Shown here one piece after another: positions 21,840 through 36,479 of a DNA stretch of 64,000 nt. Location: positions 68,310,401 to 68,374,400 of the forward strand of contig NC_057718.1 in the NCBI RefSeq assembly GCF_004010195.1, given 5' to 3'. This stretch comes from Chiloscyllium plagiosum. Its lineage: Eukaryota. The position numbers and the translations under genes were made by a program. The number at the start of each line of letters is the position of its first letter. Positions within the stretch are counted from its first letter, which is position 1. The notes below the pieces were generated by a model. It had not been told where the DNA came from and ran no database searches. It was given only the letters and a program-made list of their open reading frames with translations.

Positions 21840-23200
21840 GTTTCAAATTGTGGCTCACAGTTCAGTGAATCAGTGATGGCCAATGTTTCCTATATCGGTT
21901 ATCCAGTACCAGGGACTGCTGTGTCCATCAAGATCCAGCACAGGTAACAGTGATAATCATTTAGCCAAACTTACTGGATCTACTGAAAGGCTGTTGTCAC
22001 AATACTCTGCAATATGATGGGGCAAGTGTAGAGTACTGTGCACATAAAAGACATGTCATTAAACATTCATCTTGTTGACATACTGAATGCTACATTGGAG
22101 ATTAAACCTCAAATCTTCTGCTCAACACCCCTCCCATGGCTTCCTTGCAAATATTATGCTCACATACATCTGCCAATTGATAAAACATGCAAACTGGTTG
22201 CAATCACCCATGCACCAGCTTACTCATCACTCTAGGAAGATTTGTTCATAAACTTACTTGCTGCACCCTTATGGAATAACCTTCTGAGCAAGTTCTACCA
22301 GCAGATAGTGTTTGGATCAAGGAATGAGACATAGAAGTTACTAACAAACTCCATCTGTTGAATGGCAGGCTTTGGTTCAGGGGCAAGTCAAGCTCCTACA
22401 TAGTCAACCTCACTGTTCGTTCCTCAGTCCTCCATGCACTTGGAGTGATACTATTAATGTTTCACATTGTAGAAGTGACACTCCCAGCAGACTAATCACT
22501 TTAAACTGAGCAAATGAATAAAGTATATGTTCCCAGTGCTACACTGAGAACTGGTGCATAAACAGATGTGTCCCTTTCCATGATGCCAGCCCTCCATTCC
22601 GGAAGAATGGCTTATGCCCGAAACGTCAATTCTCCTGCTCCTTGGATGCTGCCTGACCTGCTGCGCTTTTCCAGCAACACATTTTTCAGCTCTGATCTCC
22701 AGCATCTGCAGTCCTCACTTTCTCCTCCCTGATGCCAGTCAGCCATTATCTGGACTGGGTTGACACTATGCATTGGTATATATGCAAATGACATTATGAT
22801 ATTAGTGCAGGAAGTCACCTCCCATGCATGTGCACAATAATCAACATCACTCTCCCCATATCACTGCATATTCCTTCACAGATATTTGAAATATCCATGA
22901 ATGCCAAAACAGCAAAGCACAGAATGTGATTTCTCCAACTGTCATATCAACACTAGCCAAAAGTGGTCAGCTTTATGTTTGATCAATGTTCCCTTGACAC
23001 TGCAGGACTGTGCTTGCTGGGAGATTCTGCGTATGCTCATCTGTGTGCCAAACACATTGGCTTCTGCTTGCGGAAGCCGTTGCCACATACAAACCTTGCA
23101 GGTTCAAGTGTCAAAAGAAAAAAATTGGGTGTAAGGTTACAATTGATGAAATACTTCTGATGCTGGAGACACTTAGGAGATGTTTCTGCCTGCCCTGTGA
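21840..23200 (-). mobile_element. Highly decayed Harbinger transposase-like relic
   Basis: Weak colinear traces (RISQQ, DYCAH, YSIRVQQ, WLNDYHCYL, ATI); contains a Penelope fragment at 22595-22726. Confidence 0.35.
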
Positions 23201-23469
23201 CTATGAGCAGTGCCAACTGTGTCACATTGCAATGCTGCATTTTGTATGCATGAACACATATTGCACCACGTAGCAGTGATTTTGATGTTAAACACAGTCA
23301 AGAACATCTAAACTAAAGTATTATTATAGCGACAATGTTTTGGAAATGCCATTACAATTTTTTTTCAGTAGTCTTGTAATTCCACTAATTTATAGTGCTG
23401 AAATCCAAATCCTCCCTTACCCTCCATCATCAGGAGGCTCCTCCTACATCTAGTCTTTTAACATTTTAT

Positions 23470-25080
23470 GTCTACAAAATCCCTTCATTCTTCTGAACTC
23501 GTGACTATAACCCTCACCAATTCAATTTCCTCATGTGTCAGCCCTGCCATCCCAGGAGTCTGTGTGGTAAATCTTTGTTGCACTCACTGTATAACAAGAA
23601 TATCCTTCCTCATAAGGAGACCAGAAATGTACAAAATATTCCAGATATGGTTTCACCTAAGCCCAGTAGTATTGTAGGAAAATAACTTTGCACTTGTACT
23701 CAAATCCTCTTGCTATGAAGGCCAACATACCATTTATACTCTTTACCAGCTGCTGTACCGATATGCTGCTATCAGGTCTGGTTGCACACTGCCTTCTCTT
23801 AATTTACAGGTAGATAATTGTCTGCCTATTTGCCCATTCACTCAGGTTGTCCAAATCCCACAGAAGCATCCATGCATCCTCCTCAAAGCTTATTCTCCCA
23901 TCTAGCTTGGACTCATCTCCAATTTGAGATATTAAATTTAGTTTCCTCATTCAAATCATTAATATGTAGGATCCTAACACTGATCCCTGTGGTACCCCAA
24001 TAATCACTTCCTGCCATTTGCAAAAAGACCCATTTCTTCCTTCTTTGTTTCCTGTCAGTGAACTAGTTTTCTATCTATCTCAGTGCTATAAAAGTGAAGG
24101 ACTGGGATTAGTGTAATCGCTAATGTGGGACTTTATTGAAAGCCTTCTGAAAGTCCATATAAATCATATCCTAGCACCCCCCTTCAACTCTGCTAGTTAC
24201 ACAGTCTCAAAGATTTGTCAAACATGACTTGCCTTTCAAAAATCCATGCTGACTTTGATCTTGCCACTGTTTTCCAAGTGCTCTGCTATTAAGTCTTTGA
24301 TAAGCAATGGGAGGATTTTTCTCACTGTCAACATCAGGCTGACTGGTCTACAACTGGTTTTCTCTCTACCGCCCTTTTTTTATTTTAAAAATAGAGAGGT
24401 TATATTAGCTACCCTCTAATTTGTAGGAACTGTAGCAGAGTCTATAAAATTTTGGAAGACAGCCAAAGCACCTACTATTTTTGGCCATTTCCTTAAATAC
24501 TCAGATGAGCATTATCAGACCTTGGAAATTTATCAGCCTTTAATCCCAATTTTCCCAACTTCATTTCCTACTAATACAGATTTCATTCACTTCACACTTC
24601 TCAACTGAATCCAGTGATCCCTAACATTTCTGTTATGTTGTTTGTGTCCTACTTTGTGACCATAGAACCAGAGCATGTATTTAGCTGGTAAGCAATTTCT
24701 TTATTCCCCATTATAACATTTCAATTTCTGACTGTAAAGGACCTACATTTGTCTTCAATCTTTTTTCTCTTCACATACCTAAAAAACTTTGACACAGTCA
24801 GTTTTTATGCCCCAGAAACTTACACTCAATATTTTCCCTTAAGTCAATCACTATCTGTCTTTCTTTGCTGAATTCTAAATTAATCCCTCTCCACAGGTCT
24901 TTTTTTTCCTGGCCAATTTGTACACCTCTTCCTTGGTTATCTAATTTACCTGGTAATTCATGGTTTTGCTATCTTGCCCATTTTACTTGAGTGTTAGACA
25001 GGAATGAACACATGTTCAAGTCTTCCATACGCTCTTTGAATGTTTGCCATGGCCTTTCCACCATCATTCCTTGTTCCCTA
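23470..25080 (-). mobile_element. CR1 ORF2 fragments
   Basis: Reverse-complement traces of DFQKAF, QHGFLKGKSCLTNL and CR1 C-terminal motifs. Confidence 0.75.
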
Positions 25081-25611
25081 ATCCATCAATATCAAACTAT
25101 GATATTAATCAAAGGCTTGAACAGATTTGGGGCACTGATGACTTGACAGTCAGACCAGAGTTGCTCGGAGTGGATGAGTGGGCCAAAAGAGCCCATGTGA
25201 AGTACTGATAGCTTTAAAGTTAAATTATAGATTTCCTTTTAGGACAATTGGATGGGGAATCTTTCTCCCTTTTCTTCACAAGGGAGCCTTGGTCTGCGGT
25301 TCTTCTACTCCATTATGCTGATCACCTTCACAGCGAGCCCACCTCAACACATTCCTGTGGCGTCTGCTCCCATCTGCTGAGCAAATACTGGCCATGATAG
25401 GTCTCTGGGAAAATGTTCACTTTTAGTTATGCCTTCCTGTTCCTTATTCATACTTCCAGACAAATGAATCTGAAGAGAAGATGTCAATCATCCACAGTTA
25501 TGAAGTGAAAATTTGATAACAGCAAAGATCACTGATGTTACAAGTCGCAGTTATGGACAATATAAATCTTCACCGTTTTTGACTTCAGACATTAAAAGAA
25601 ATAATACTTAC

Positions 25612-25749
25612 ACTGTGTACTCCTAAAGCCTTCCATATTGTAAGACTAAGCAAACCAGCCCCACACCAAGCATAAAGAGAACCCCAGCCTAGGGCTCTCA
25701 AAGCCAGTAATGTCCCACTTTCAGGAACAGCAATAGTTGCATTAACTCC
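25612..25749 (-). CDS. TMEM242: TMEM242 coding exon 3 (138 bp)
   Basis: ttcttttctag|GGAGTT...CACAGT|gtaagt; translates [46 protein letters not shown], containing the TMEM242 motif [16 protein letters not shown]; phase 0/0. Confidence 0.97.
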
Positions 25750-27609
25750 CTAGAAAAGAAGGGAAGAACATAAAATAAAGACTTGCATTCATATAATGTA
25801 ACACATGATCAAAGCATCTTTAGTCATTTAAGTACTTTTACACTGTAATCACTATCAAAGGAAGAATTTTAACCTGCACCTGTCAAATTCCTGGGAGTTG
25901 CTAAGTTATTTTCATATTGCAGCAGCCTAATACCCTAAACCTTTTCAAAGCTATCACCACCTTTAATAATGGTTACTTTAAAGTCTGGAAGATGACATGA
26001 GGAACCCCACTGATAAATACCAGGCATGCTGATCGTATAATAAATAGATGTATTATTGTACAAGTCATTGGCAAGCTCAAAAAGCTTTTCAGATGCCCAA
26101 ACAGGTCAGAAGGTAAAAACAATGCTCAAAGTAATTGTGGTGAGTTTTGCTCTGCACAATGAAATCACAGCAACCAAGTCTATTGTTTTTGGAGGAACAA
26201 ATTAATTAGCATTCTACACCCCATGAGGATTCCAGTGGAAAATGAGAGGAGAAGGATAAAGTTGGTGTCACTATCTCAAGATCTCTTCATATATCCCTGG
26301 TTAGGATTGTTGCCACACAGTTTAATAAGTTGATAGGAGACTCAGATTCAGGACCACAATTTATTTTCGTGAAGATGCAAGGATAGCCAGTCTTATCACT
26401 GAAGTGTAAAACAAACCCTGGGTGCAGACATCTTAGCTTGACAAACATTTAAAAATTATATATAGCAATTCCCATGATTAGTTTTCTAGGTGCTTTCATA
26501 ATTTTTCCAATGTTTATACAGGTATTGTCTATACCAAGGCCAGCATAATTTTGTTGATAATGACTCTCACAAACGTGTGCACCTGCAGTTATGATTTGCT
26601 TTCCTACTTACTGACTGTATGATTAAAAATGTGACCCTTAACTGACTAAAAGTGGTACAGTTCCATCAGGATTCTGGGGATGTCCCAATAATTCTAAAGG
26701 TTCGGTCAGTCACATACTAGTAGCTATTAAATCCCCTCAGCGACAGTAAAAAAAAAAGGCAACCATTCACACATTATCCAGGCATCAGTTAGTCTTAGTC
26801 AGTTCACGTCTTCATATTCATCTTCAGACAACGGAAAACCTGAGCTGACATTCGGTAGGTAAGAATGTAGTACATGGGAATGTGTTAATAAACTTCATGA
26901 ATAAGTAAATAGAAATTAAATTTCAAAAATATGTAAACAGGTATTTCTGGAAATGTGGATGAGCTCTTTCAAAATGCTCCAATTGTCACATCTGTTATTC
27001 ATTTCTGACCAGACAAAACATTTTAATTTCAAGACTCTAGCTGATATTTCTTGGAATATTGCTCAATTTTATAATACTTTTTTTACTTTTCCAGTCCTTT
27101 TTCAGATTTCAATGCTGCTGTTGACATCCAACATTAGTGCTCCCAAGGCAGTCCAGTTCCAACATGCTTCAAATTGCTACAGTACCACACACTGGACTCT
27201 TTGCTTTTACATTTCCACAATGTATGTTTGCTCACACCTGAATTAAATGCAGTTGTTTCCCACTCTAGTGTGTATTGATTAATATTTGTAAGTTAACTCA
27301 GATTCCACCGGAAATAGCAAAATGTGCAGCTGCTCAGGAATTCCTTGACAGCTGCAGTGGGCTTTGCTATGGCTTTTCATTAGTATCCTATTTCAGAGTT
27401 CAATGTGGTGTGTGAAATGCACTGACAATTCTATCAAAATAAGTATGTCTAATTAACAGCACTCCAGCATGGGTTAGAAGAGCTGATGGTGCAGCAATCA
27501 TAAGAATGGCAAGGAAACTTGGACATGTTGTGAACACATAACAGCACAGCAACAGGTTTTAGCCCACAGTGATGCCAAGATGTCTTTTTGTCACAGCTAT
27601 GACATTCTC

Positions 27610-28630
27610 CTTAAATCAATGATACAGCATTCCCCACCCTTTTTACATCTCTATCTTGTCAGAAACGTCTAAACCCAGGAATTTGGAACTGCCAGTCCTA
27701 CCCTTCACTCAACTAAGTTTCTGTAATGGCTACCAAATTGTAGATCCACATACTAATCCAGACTCTATGCTCATTTGCCTTACCTGTTATACTCCTTGCA
27801 TTAAAGTAAATACATTTCATCAGTCCTGCCATGTTCATTCACCCCTGCTTGTTCTTCCTATTACATGACTCAGCATCTACAATCTACAATCACTCCACAT
27901 GTGAACATACTGCTCCGTTTCCCACCAACCACCACACTAGTTCAACCCCTCCAGAGTGGCACTACCAATCACCCTGCAAAAATACTGGTACCCCTCCAGT
28001 TAGGTGCAAGCCATCTGCCCTGGAAGAGATCCCAATAATCCATCCAGAGCACTCCCTCCTATACTAGCTCTTTAACCACGCATTCATTTGTTATTACCTT
28101 GCTACGTTAGGCCTCACCAACGTGTGGAACAGGGAGTAATTCTGACATTACAACTTTAGACAGCCTGCTTTTCACATTCAACATAATTCCCTAAATTCCC
28201 TTTGCAGGACTCATCTCTCTTTCTACCCATATTGAGTGTACCAATGTGGATCATGACTTCTGGCTGCTCACCCTCGCCTTTCGGAATATCCTGTGCCCAC
28301 TAAGTGATATTTTACCTGCCATCAGGGAGACAACATACCATCCAGGAATCTCGCTTGTGGCCACAGAAACTCGTACCTGCGCCGCTGATTATAGAGTGGC
28401 CTTTTGCCACCATTCGTCTACCCTTTGATCCGGCTGTATGACACAGCCAATTGTGGTGCCACTTATCTGGCTTCCTGTTGCTTCTCTCCCCCCCCCCCCC
28501 GAGGGGCCACCCTACCTCAATAACATGCAAAACAGTATCTGTTGGAGAAGGAAATAGCCACATGGAACTCCTGCACTGCTTGCCCACACTGACTGGTCTT
28601 CCTGGTGGTCACTCAAGGCTTTTCCATCTG
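27610..28630 (-). mobile_element. CR1 ORF1 / ORF2-start fragment
   Basis: ORF 28312-28587 ends ISGAGTSFCGHKRDSWMVCCLPDGR, resembling the CR1 ORF1 esterase (SGNH-like) region. Confidence 0.7.
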
Positions 28631-30669
28631 ATAGCACTAAATGGGAGGTGGGGTGGGAGAAATAGTTAACCTCTTCAATCAAGTATACATTTATTGATTA
28701 GGCCAATAAAGTCAATAAAGCCATGATATGGTCTCTCGAACCGGAGGACAGTGCAATAAGTGTATCCAGGGCTTCAGAAGGGCAGATAAAGCAAGTGGCA
28801 TAACATTTTTAGTACTAACAGCCACTTCTTTTATAGATCTGCATCAACAAGCTAGACTTGGATATATAGTACACAACACTGAATTCTAAAGACAACAAAG
28901 TTTGATTTCAAGGGGATATTAATAGGCTGGTAGTATGGCTGGACATGTGGCAGATGAAACTTAACTGGACAGAAGTGTAAAATGATACATTTTGGGAGGA
29001 AGAATGAGGAGAGATAATAAAAAAAATATAAAAAAAAAGTTTAAAATGTCAGATGAGGGACTTCAGGTCGGAGAATAGATTGGAGAAGCCAGTCCAGTCC
29101 TGTTCTCCCTCGAGAGGAAGGTTGAGACACAACTTTCTGGAAGTTGTCAAAATCATGAGTGGTCCAGTCAGACTACATAGGGAGAAACGGTGAGACTATT
29201 TTAAGCTGAATAGCAGAAAAAAAAACTCAGGCAACATTATGAGAAATGTTTTTAAATACTGAATGGTTAGGATCTGAAATGCCACTGCTCAAGCATACAC
29301 AGGAGGTAAATTCAATCAATCATTGCTTTCAAAAGGTATTGAATAAATATCCGAATAGCTAGAAACATTGCTATTGGGGAAAGACAGGGGAGCAGGACTA
29401 ACTAATGTCCCTTGCAGACAGCCAACAGGGAAATGATGGGTTGAAGGATTTCCTTGTATGCTGTAACCATTCAATGATTCTATGACTGAGGTGGGCAGTA
29501 GATAATGAGAGGCAAGAGGGTGCAACAAGAGGAGACACTCAAAAAGGAGAAAGTTCTAGAAGAGATTGACAGACTAAAGCATGATTTGGTGAGAAGAACC
29601 ATACTGCCAAAGTCCAAAGACACACAGTAAGGTGTCAACAGGTTTCTGTTAAGGCCTGGATGATGATTCAAACATCCACAAGAAGCTTAAGGGTAGCAAG
29701 GGTCTTGTTGGTATGTCTTTTAAAAATTCAGTCTTTGGATGAAAGCATTATAAAAGGGTACAGAAAAACATTTTCCAGGATATTGCCAGGACTGGAGAGT
29801 TTGAGTTTTAAAGGAGGTTGAATAACCTGGGAGTTTTCCTCCTGGAGTGTCTGAGGCTGAGGGGTGACCTTATAGGAGGTTTATAAAATCATGAGGAGCA
29901 TTGTGAAGGTGAGTAGCCAAGGTCTTTTTTCAAGGGCAGGGGAGTCCAAAACTAGAAGGCATATGTTTAAGGAGAGAGGGGAAAAAAAATTTAGAAGGGA
30001 CCTGAGGAGCAATTTTTTTCACTCTGTGGGTAGTGTGTGTATAAAATGAGACGAGGAGACGTAGAGGCAGGTACAATTACAACATTTAAAAGACATTTAG
30101 TCAGATACATGACTATGGAAGGATATCGGCCAAATGCAGGCAGATGGGACTAGTTCAGTTTAGAATACCTGGCTAGCATGGAAGAGTTGGACTAAAGGGT
30201 TTATTCCCACACTACATGATTATGATTCTGTAATTGTTCATTCCTAATTGCCTTTGAGCAAGCATTGGTTAGCCATCTCCTTCAACAACTGTAGGGTGTG
30301 TGATTTAGGTATACTCAATGTTTTGAAACTTCTTGATACAATGGAGTGGTCTGTTAGACCATTTCAGAAGGACATTAAGATTGCTGTGGTGTGGAGTCAA
30401 ATATAAACCAGACTGAGTAAAGATAGCTCCTTTTCTTTTTTAAAGAATATCAGTAAACAAAATGAGTTTTCATAAAAATTTGGTAGTTTCAATGACCACT
30501 TAATGAAACAAAACTTTTAAAATCAGATTTATAGACTAACTATTACTGTGGGACTTGAACTCATCACTCCAGAGCATTAGTCCAAGTCTCTAGATTTCTA
30601 AGGGCCTTCTGCGTTCTTAATATACCACAATAACAGAATGCCACATCCAGGAACTTTATACAGAAAAAG

Positions 30670-33600
30670 AAAATAATGAAGTTGGAAACAGTTGACAGTT
30701 TTCAGCAGAAATTCAAGGGGCTAGGGTGGAAGCTTAGAGCTAGAACAAACAATTGTTGTTCCTGATTTGTTACCTGTGCTACATAGTAGTGAGGCGAGGA
30801 GAGGAACAGGGAGAGACAGCAGTTGAACACATGGCTACAGGGGTGATGCAGGAGGGAGGGATTCAGATACCTGGATAATTGAAGTAGGTGGTATCTCTAC
30901 AAATGGGATGGTTTATATCTGAACAGAAGGGCTACCAATATCCTGGTGTGGGAGGTTTGCTCTTTGGGAGCATTTAAACTAATTCAGCAAGGGGATGGGA
31001 ACTTGAATTGTAGCTCCAGTGTACAGGAGGTTGTGAATAGTGAGGGCATGAATAAGATTTCAAGATCACAGGAGGGTACCCGCATTGAAGTGTATCTACT
31101 TCAATGCTAGGAATATCTGGAATAAGGTGGGTGAACTTGCAATACAAGTTGGTACCTGGGAATTCAATCTTGTACCCATTTTGGTTGACATGGATAGAGC
31201 AGGGACAGGAATGGTTGTTGCAGGTTCCAGGGTTTAGGTGTGTTTCAGCAAGAACAGGGAAGGTGGCAAAAGAGGTGGAGGTATGGCATTGTTAGTCAAA
31301 GACAGTATTACAGAAAGGACATTCAATGAGGACTCATCTATTGGAGGTAGCATGGGCTAAGGTTAGAAAAGTTTCAGAGATGTAGAGGAAACTATTTCAA
31401 AGATAGGAGCAAAAGTAACAGGGTAGTTATTATGGGGGACTTTAACTTTCCAAGTATTGACTGGAAATGCTATAACTTGAGTAACTTAGGTGGGTCAGTT
31501 TTTGCCCAATGCATGCAGGAGGGTTTTCTGAGACAGTATGTAGATAGGCCAACAAGAGGTGAGGCCACATTGGATTTGGTACTGGGTAAAGAACCTGACC
31601 AGGTGTTAGATTTGGAGGTAGGTGAGCACATTAGTGATAGTGACCACAATGTGGTTACGTTTACTTTACTGATGAAAAGGAATAGGGCAAGAGTTATAGC
31701 TGGAGGAAAGGTAATTATGATGCAATTAGGCAAGATTTGGGATGGATAGGATGGGGAAGGAAACTGCAGGGGATGGGTACAATTGAAATGTGGAGCTTGT
31801 TCAAGGAAAAGCAACAGGTGTCCTCGATAAGTATATACAGGTAGACAACCCATTATCAGCAATTCCAAAATCCAAGAAGCTCAAAAATCCGAAGGTGTTT
31901 TTATGAAGTTTTAAAATCTCATTAACAAGGTTCTTTGGCATGCAAACAGCTAACCCAACTCCACACCCACTCGATGCATGTCACTCAGATGCAACTTGTG
32001 GGGGGTGGGGGGCACGGTGGCAGCCCTGGCAAGCTTCAATTCGGTCCCAGGTTACTCTCAGGGAGTCTGCTGTTTGGTAACATTTTTTGTTAAATTTCAT
32101 CATTGAACTTATTCAGAAATCCGAAAAAGTCCAATTTCTGAAAACTAGCTGGTCCTGGGCATTTTGGATAAGGAATTGTGAACCTACATCTGTCAGGCAG
32201 GGAGGAAGTGGTCCAGCGAGGCAACCATGGTTTACTACAGAAGTTGAATCTCTGGTCAAGAGGAAGGAGGAGGCATATGTAAAGATGAGACATGAAGGCT
32301 GAGTTAGGGCATTTGAGAGTTACAAGTTAGCCAGGAAAAAGACCTAAGCAGAGAGCTAAAGAACCAGGAGGGGACATGAGAAGTTGTTGGCAGGTAAGAT
32401 CAAGGAAAACCCTAAAGCTTTCTACAGGTATGTCAGGAATAAAAGAATGACTACAGTAAAATTACAGCGTATCAAGGTCAGTAGTAGGAAGTTGTGCATG
32501 GAGTCTGGAGATAGGAGAGGCACTAAATTAACTTTTCTTCAGTATTCACACAGGAAAAAGACAATACTGATGAGGAGAATACTGAGATACAGGCTATTAG
32601 ACTAGTCAGGATTGAAGTTCATATGGAGGTGGTGTTAACTATTTTCACTTTTAGAATTGCTAAGTCCCCTGGGCCGGATGGGATTTATCCTAGGATTCTC
32701 TGGGAAGCTAAGGAGGAGATTGCAGAGCCTTTGGCTTTGATCTTTTTGACATCTATAGTCTACAGGAATAGTACCAGAAGACTGGAGAATAGAAACTGTT
32801 GTCCCCTTGTTCAAGGAGGGGAACAGAGACAACTCTGGCAATTATAGACCAGTGAGCTTTACTTTGTTTGTGGTTAATGTGTTGGATTTATAATTATCGA
32901 GAAAGGAATAATTTGATTAGGGATAGTCAACAATTTTGTTAAGGGTAGATCATGCCTCACAAACCATAGAGTTCTTTGAAAAAGGTGATCAAATGAGCAT
33001 AAAAAGTGGTTGATGTGGCGTACATGAATTTCAGTAAAGCATTTGATAAGGTTTCCCATGGTAGGTTATTGGAGAAGATATAGAGTCATGGGATTAAGGG
33101 TGGATTTAGTGGTTTGGATCAGAAATTGGCTAGCAGAAAGAATTCAGAGGTTGGTGTTTGATGGGAAATCTTCATCCTGGAGTTTAACCACTAGTGTACC
33201 ACAAGGATCTATTTTGGGGCCACTACTGTTTGTCATTTTTATAAACAACCTGGAAGAGGGCATTGAAAGATGAGTTAGTAAATTTGCAGATGGCACTAAA
33301 GTTGGGGGAGTTGCGAACAGTGGGGAAGGATGTTGCAGGTTTCAGGGAGACAGATAAGCTGCAGAGCTGGGCTGAGAGGTGGTAATTAGGAATACAGAGT
33401 ACTGGGCTAATGGTAAGACTCTTGACAGAATTGATGAGCAGAGAGATCGGTGTCCATGTGCATATATCCCTGAAAGTTGCCACTCAGGTTGATAAAAGTT
33501 ATTAAGAAGGGATAGTGTGTTAGCTTTTATTGATAGAGGGATTGAGTTTTGGAGCAATGAGATCATGTTGCAGCTGTACAAAACTCTGGTGCAGCCACAT

Positions 33601-34065
33601 TTGGAGTACTGCATACGGTTCTGATCGCTGAATTATAGCAAGGACGTGGAAGCATTGGAAAACGTGCAAAGGAGATTTACCAGGATGTTGAAATGTTCAG
33701 CCATGGGCAGGGAGGTTGATTGGTGCAGGTGTCCCAGAGATGTTCTCTGGATAGTCAAAGGCTTTTTCCCAGGGTGGCAAAGGTCAACTACAGGAGGACA
33801 CAAGTTCAATGTGAGGGGGAAAGTTTAGGGAGATGTGTGGGGAAAACGTTGCACGCAATGGGTGACGGGTGCCTGGAATACACTGCCAGAGGTGGTGGTG
33901 GAAGCAGGTACATTAGCTATGTTTAAGGTGTATCTCGATAAGCTAATGAATGGGAGTCAAACAGAGGGATGGATATTGCAGATGGGCAATACGTAGTGGG
34001 TCTATAAAAGGATTAGAATCGGCACAGGCTTGGTGGGTTGAAGGGCCTGTTCCTGTGCTGCATCA
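30670..34065 (+). mobile_element. Long degenerate CR1 (end of ORF1, ORF2 EN+RT, 3' end)
   Basis: [66 protein letters not shown] in order. Confidence 0.9.
31838..32187. mobile_element. Candidate MITE (Tc1/mariner-like) inserted in CR1
   Basis: Imperfect terminal inverted repeats caggtagacaacccattatc / gataaggaattgtgaacct; TA on the left; CR1 sequence resumes after it. Confidence 0.5.
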
Positions 34066-34330
34066 AATTGTATTGTATTGTATTCTGAAAAAGGGATCAC
34101 AGTTCTGAACTTTTGCTGATCTGACCTTGGTACATACTCTTAAAAATGCTGTGTCATGGATTGCCTCTGCGACTACCCCATATCTGGTCGAACAACCCCC
34201 TTGTATGTCTATTCTATTCAGACTCCATCACCCTCAGAAGCAAAACCACAATTTTTCCAGTGACAACTAGCTTTACTGGCAAAGTATGTTACAATCTGCA
34301 AAATGGAAATTATTTAATACATTAGCTTAC

Positions 34331-34431
34331 CTTATTGAACCATCCAGGACTTTTCTTTTTTGCTATGGCAAGAGTTGTACCAAAACCTGCTAGCATCCCA
34401 GCTGTGGCTACAGACCCAAGGAACAGGCCAC
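34331..34431 (-). CDS. TMEM242: TMEM242 coding exon 2 (101 bp)
   Basis: ttttgctag|GTGGC...AATAAG|gtaagc; translates (G)[33 protein letters not shown], closely resembling vertebrate TMEM242 [34 protein letters not shown]. Confidence 0.96.
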
Positions 34432-36479
34432 CTAGCAAAATTCCATAAAACATTTAAGATAATTTTATGTTCTACTTTTTTCAAACAATAATAGGTGGGC
34501 TAATGCGAAGGATGGTTGAGTAACTGAACTATAAAGCCCAGAAATTAAATGTATTCTCTAATAGATAGAATGGATAGCCCGATAGACATTGCCGCTATGG
34601 GAAAAAGGATATTGAGGGGACATAATTTGAAGGTAATTGGAGGAAAGTTTAGGGGAGATGTCAGAGGTAGGTTCTTTACTCAGATAAAGTGGTGGGTGTG
34701 TGGAATGCACTGCCAGCAGTGGTAGTACAGTCAGATACATTAAGTGACTTTTGTATAGGCACATGGAAGTTGGTAAAATAAAAGGGCATGTAGGTTAGTC
34801 TGATCTTAGAGTAGGATAGAAGGCCAGCACAATATCAAGGTCTGAAGGGCCTGTACTGTTCTATGTATACCGTGATAAATTTCATTGCAGCTTTGATACA
34901 TATAGTATTTATACCATGCAATACATTTAAAAAGACTCAAGTTGGCAAATGCACTAGTTCTATGTCACCTGGATACAGACAAAACGAATATGCGAGGGTA
35001 ATCTGGGACAGATCACTGGCCTCTGTTTTCCCTCGGCCCTCTTCTTAGCCAGCTTTGCTTCTAGTTTCTGTTCAGAGCGAAGGGATTGTCCTTTAGAACA
35101 GAGTCCAGCAGGAATTTCTTCAGCCAGAGGATGAAGAATCTGTGGAACTTTTTGCCAAAGGCGGCTTTGAAGGCAAAGTCATTGAGTGTATGAAGACAAG
35201 AATTAGGTAGGTTTTTGATTAGTAAGGGGATGAAACATTACAGGGAAAAGGCAGGAAAATGGGGCTGACAAATATTCACGTCACAATTGAATGGCAGAGG
35301 AGACTAAGTGGGCCAAATGGTCTAATTCTGCTCCTATAACTTAGTCTTATGGACATTGACACTTACAACTGGGGGATTGTCAATTGACAGCCATGATGTC
35401 TGGAGGCGGATTATTTGGAAGGATGTCAGAAAAATGCAAACAGAAACTAAAGGCTGAGTTGACTAACAAGAGGGCCCAGAGAAAACAGACCAACGAATTA
35501 TGGAGCTGCTCAGTCCACTGTATTGTTCTACAGTAAATGCAGTAGTGAGTGCCATGCGACAGTGGGATTCTTGACTCAAACAGATTTGACCACTACATTG
35601 CTGACCATTATTTTATGAGATAGAAGGCTAGCATTGTATCTTGACCAAGATAAAACATTGATACCATGAACAAGTTTGTGGTCAGAAAGACATTATAAAC
35701 TATGTAGCAAATAACATGCAGTGGAAAATCTGTTAAATTGCGTACCAAACCTCTATAACTGACCTTCTGGTTAAAAACACAGCAATAATTCTTAGTAGAT
35801 AATTTTAGTAAAGTATAAGCAGCCCTTAGCAATCAAAGATTTTTTTGCTTATTGTTTGCGATTTACACAGCAAATTGTTGCAAATCATTTGACAAATTCT
35901 ACAAACACTATTCTGGTCATTGTCGTTGTTTTCAAATGAGGCTTGCCAGAGACGATAGACAATGAGTGACAGACGTAACAGTAAACCTACATCACATGGT
36001 CTGCACAAATCATAAAATCCATTTGGCCCAACAAGTATACACTGACCCCCTGAAGAGTATCCCACCCAGATCCATTACCTTACCCTATTACTCTACATTT
36101 CCCATGACTAATGCACCTAACCTACTCATCCCTAAATACTATGGGCAATTTAGCATGGCCAATTCACCTAACTTGCACATCTTTGGACTGTGGGAGGAAA
36201 CCTGAGCACCTGGAGGAAATCCATGCAGACATGGGAGAATATGCAAACTCCACAAGTTCAAGAAGATGCCTCACCACCATCTATTCAGGGCAGCCCAGCC
36301 AGAGATGCACTCATTGAGAGAATTTTTTTTTAAAAATTCCAGGCAGTTTACAGAGTTCCTGGCCAGCTACTGAACTCAATACCATCTGTCATCAAGTTAC
36401 AACCTAAAATCAAACTGTGGCAAGAAATAATTCAACAAGATAATCAAGGACACATTCTTGGGAATGAGAAGGCTGAATG

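Noticed and set aside
19800..23200. One Harbinger transposase spanning TMEM242 exon 4
   Set aside because: Both sides seem to contain the ATIE/AIE segment, implying two separate copies, and the intronic traces are weak.
26780..26865. Minus-strand GFPLSEDEYEDVN* (tyrosine motif) and plus-strand ELTFG (J-like) in TMEM242 intron 2
   Set aside because: The YEDV frame is incompatible with the phase-0 donor of exon 2, and ELTFG lacks GxG and hits a stop; probably chance.
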